Source: Flavobacteriales bacterium
GTDB taxonomy: Bacteria > Bacteroidota > Bacteroidia > UBA10329
Reading direction: 5' to 3'
Assembly: GCA_021739625.1 (NCBI GenBank)
Contig: JAIPBJ010000008.1
Coordinates: forward strand, 734-64,733
DNA length: 64,000 nucleotides
The notes under the pieces were generated by a model that saw only the letters and a program-made list of their open reading frames with translations, had not been told where the DNA came from and did not search any database. This document shows, piece after piece, positions 63,214 to 64,000 of this stretch. Position 1 is the stretch's first letter. Every line of letters begins with the position of its first letter. A program made the translations under genes and the position numbers.

Positions 63214-64000
63214 ATGGCAGAGGAGAACGATTCCGATCAGCAGGACGAGAAAGATCAGATTGCGCAGGCCCATGGCGATGCGGAGGCAAAAAGGACCCTC
63301 CGCGCCAGTATCAAAGGGCTTTATGAAGGTGTGCGCGATTTTCTGGGGCACACCATGAACATTGCTGACGACACCAACATCGAAGGCACGGTCACGGCCA
63401 TCAAGCGCGATATGGTGTTCCGAGGCCAGAACGTGTGGATCCTCATCTGCTCCATTGTGGTGGCAAGCGTGGGGCTGAATGTGAACAGCACGGCCGTCAT
63501 CATTGGGGCCATGCTCATCTCTCCGCTCATGGGGCCAATCCTCGCCCTTGGGTTGGCAATCGGTACCAACGATTGGGAACTGCTCAAGCGCGCTTGGAAG
63601 AACTTCGGGGTGATGGTGGTGGTCAGTCTCATCACCTCCACCATCTACTTCTTCATCAGCCCGCTGAGCGATGCGCAGAGTGAGCTGCTGGCCCGCACAC
63701 GGCCCACCTTCCTCGATGCGATGATCGCCAGTTTCGGTGGTCTGGCGGGCATCATCGGGCTTTCGCGCAGGAACAATTACAGCACTGTGTTGCCGGGCGT
63801 GGCCATCGCCACTGCACTTATGCCTCCACTCTGCACAGCGGGTTATGGCATTGCCACGCTCCAATTCGAGTATTTTCTCGGGGCGTTCTATCTGTTTCTT
63901 ATCAATTCTATCTTCATCTCTGGGGCCACGCTTGTCGTTGTCAAATACCTGAAATTCCCACTTGTCAGCTTCATCAATACCAAGACCGAGCGAAGAGTAA
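63214..64000 (+). CDS. DUF389-domain membrane protein; the 3' end lies outside the window (not in the ORF track)
   Basis: From the ATG at 63214 the frame is open to the window end. The translation reads MAEENDSDQQDEK...VWILICSIVVASVGLNVNSTAVIIGAMLISPLMGPILALGLAIG. Confidence 0.75.
   Translation, partial: MAEENDSDQQDEKDQIAQAHGDAEAKRTLRASIKGLYEGVRDFLGHTMNIADDTNIEGTVTAIKRDMVFRGQNVWILICSIVVASVGLNVNSTAVIIGAMLISPLMGPILALGLAIGTNDWELLKRAWKNFGVMVVVSLITSTIYFFISPLSDAQSELLARTRPTFLDAMIASFGGLAGIIGLSRRNNYSTVLPGVAIATALMPPLCTAGYGIATLQFEYFLGAFYLFLINSIFISGATLVVVKYLKFPLVSFINTKTERRV

Noticed and set aside
1-64000. tRNA, rRNA, riboswitch, transposase or integrase genes
   Set aside because: I scanned intergenic regions longer than 100 bp by eye, including 9653-9788, 12064-12214, 21075-21265, 27089-27179, 33159-33285, 35420-35709 and 43810-43968. 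I saw no cloverleaf-like T-arm (GTTCGAATC-type) or known leader signature, and no ORF has recombinase motifs. A covariance-model scan would be needed for certainty.

Overview
This 64-kb window looks like chromosomal DNA from a Bacteroidota genome, probably Flavobacteriia-like. The supporting signs are gldE/gldD gliding-motility genes, three proteins with T9SS C-terminal sorting domains, TAnnTTTG-type -7 promoter boxes, almost no Shine-Dalgarno sequences, and moderately high GC judged by eye. All calls come from reading the translations and DNA by hand, with no searches run, so family names rest on remembered signature motifs. Most of the window is housekeeping. On the minus strand this includes GT2 and YfhO, mutY-ssb-gldE/gldD, clpB, mscL, a patatin-like protein, hflX and glyQS. 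On the plus strand it includes ctaA, hup, a TPR protein, a bS22-like micro-ORF, rng, trmB, a persulfide-dioxygenase-like MBL-rhodanese gene with split YeeE/YedE, mlaE-mlaF-mlaD, GH130 with a GT4 fusion, an AI-2E transporter, an M28 peptidase, an S1 protease, an epimerase, a large amidohydrolase, a CPA antiporter and a DUF389 protein. I found no tRNA, rRNA, CRISPR array, transposase or integrase. The most interesting signals are listed here. (1) A GTGTAAC-N22-24-CCTTTG promoter-like motif lies upstream of four stress or signalling units: ytxH, csbD, an AraC/hybrid-kinase/receiver operon, and the MBL-rhodanese sulfur module. It may mark an undescribed alternative-sigma stress regulon. (2) A 125-bp diverged duplicate of the clpB 3' end and terminator hairpin flanks a single-gene, lower-GC insertion. 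(3) A small mosaic islet at 32.9-35.7 kb holds a second case of gene 3'-end duplication, an antitoxin-like ORF followed by a truncated ORF, an XRE-like gene preceded by an 11-bp inverted repeat, and twelve tandem 21-bp iteron-like repeats. (4) There is an in-frame gldE-gldD fusion. (5) Two tandem 63-aa Cys-rich lipoprotein paralogs sit between two divergent AraC paralogs. (6) Two unusual hairpins whose arms are built from tandem short repeats bracket mlaEF.
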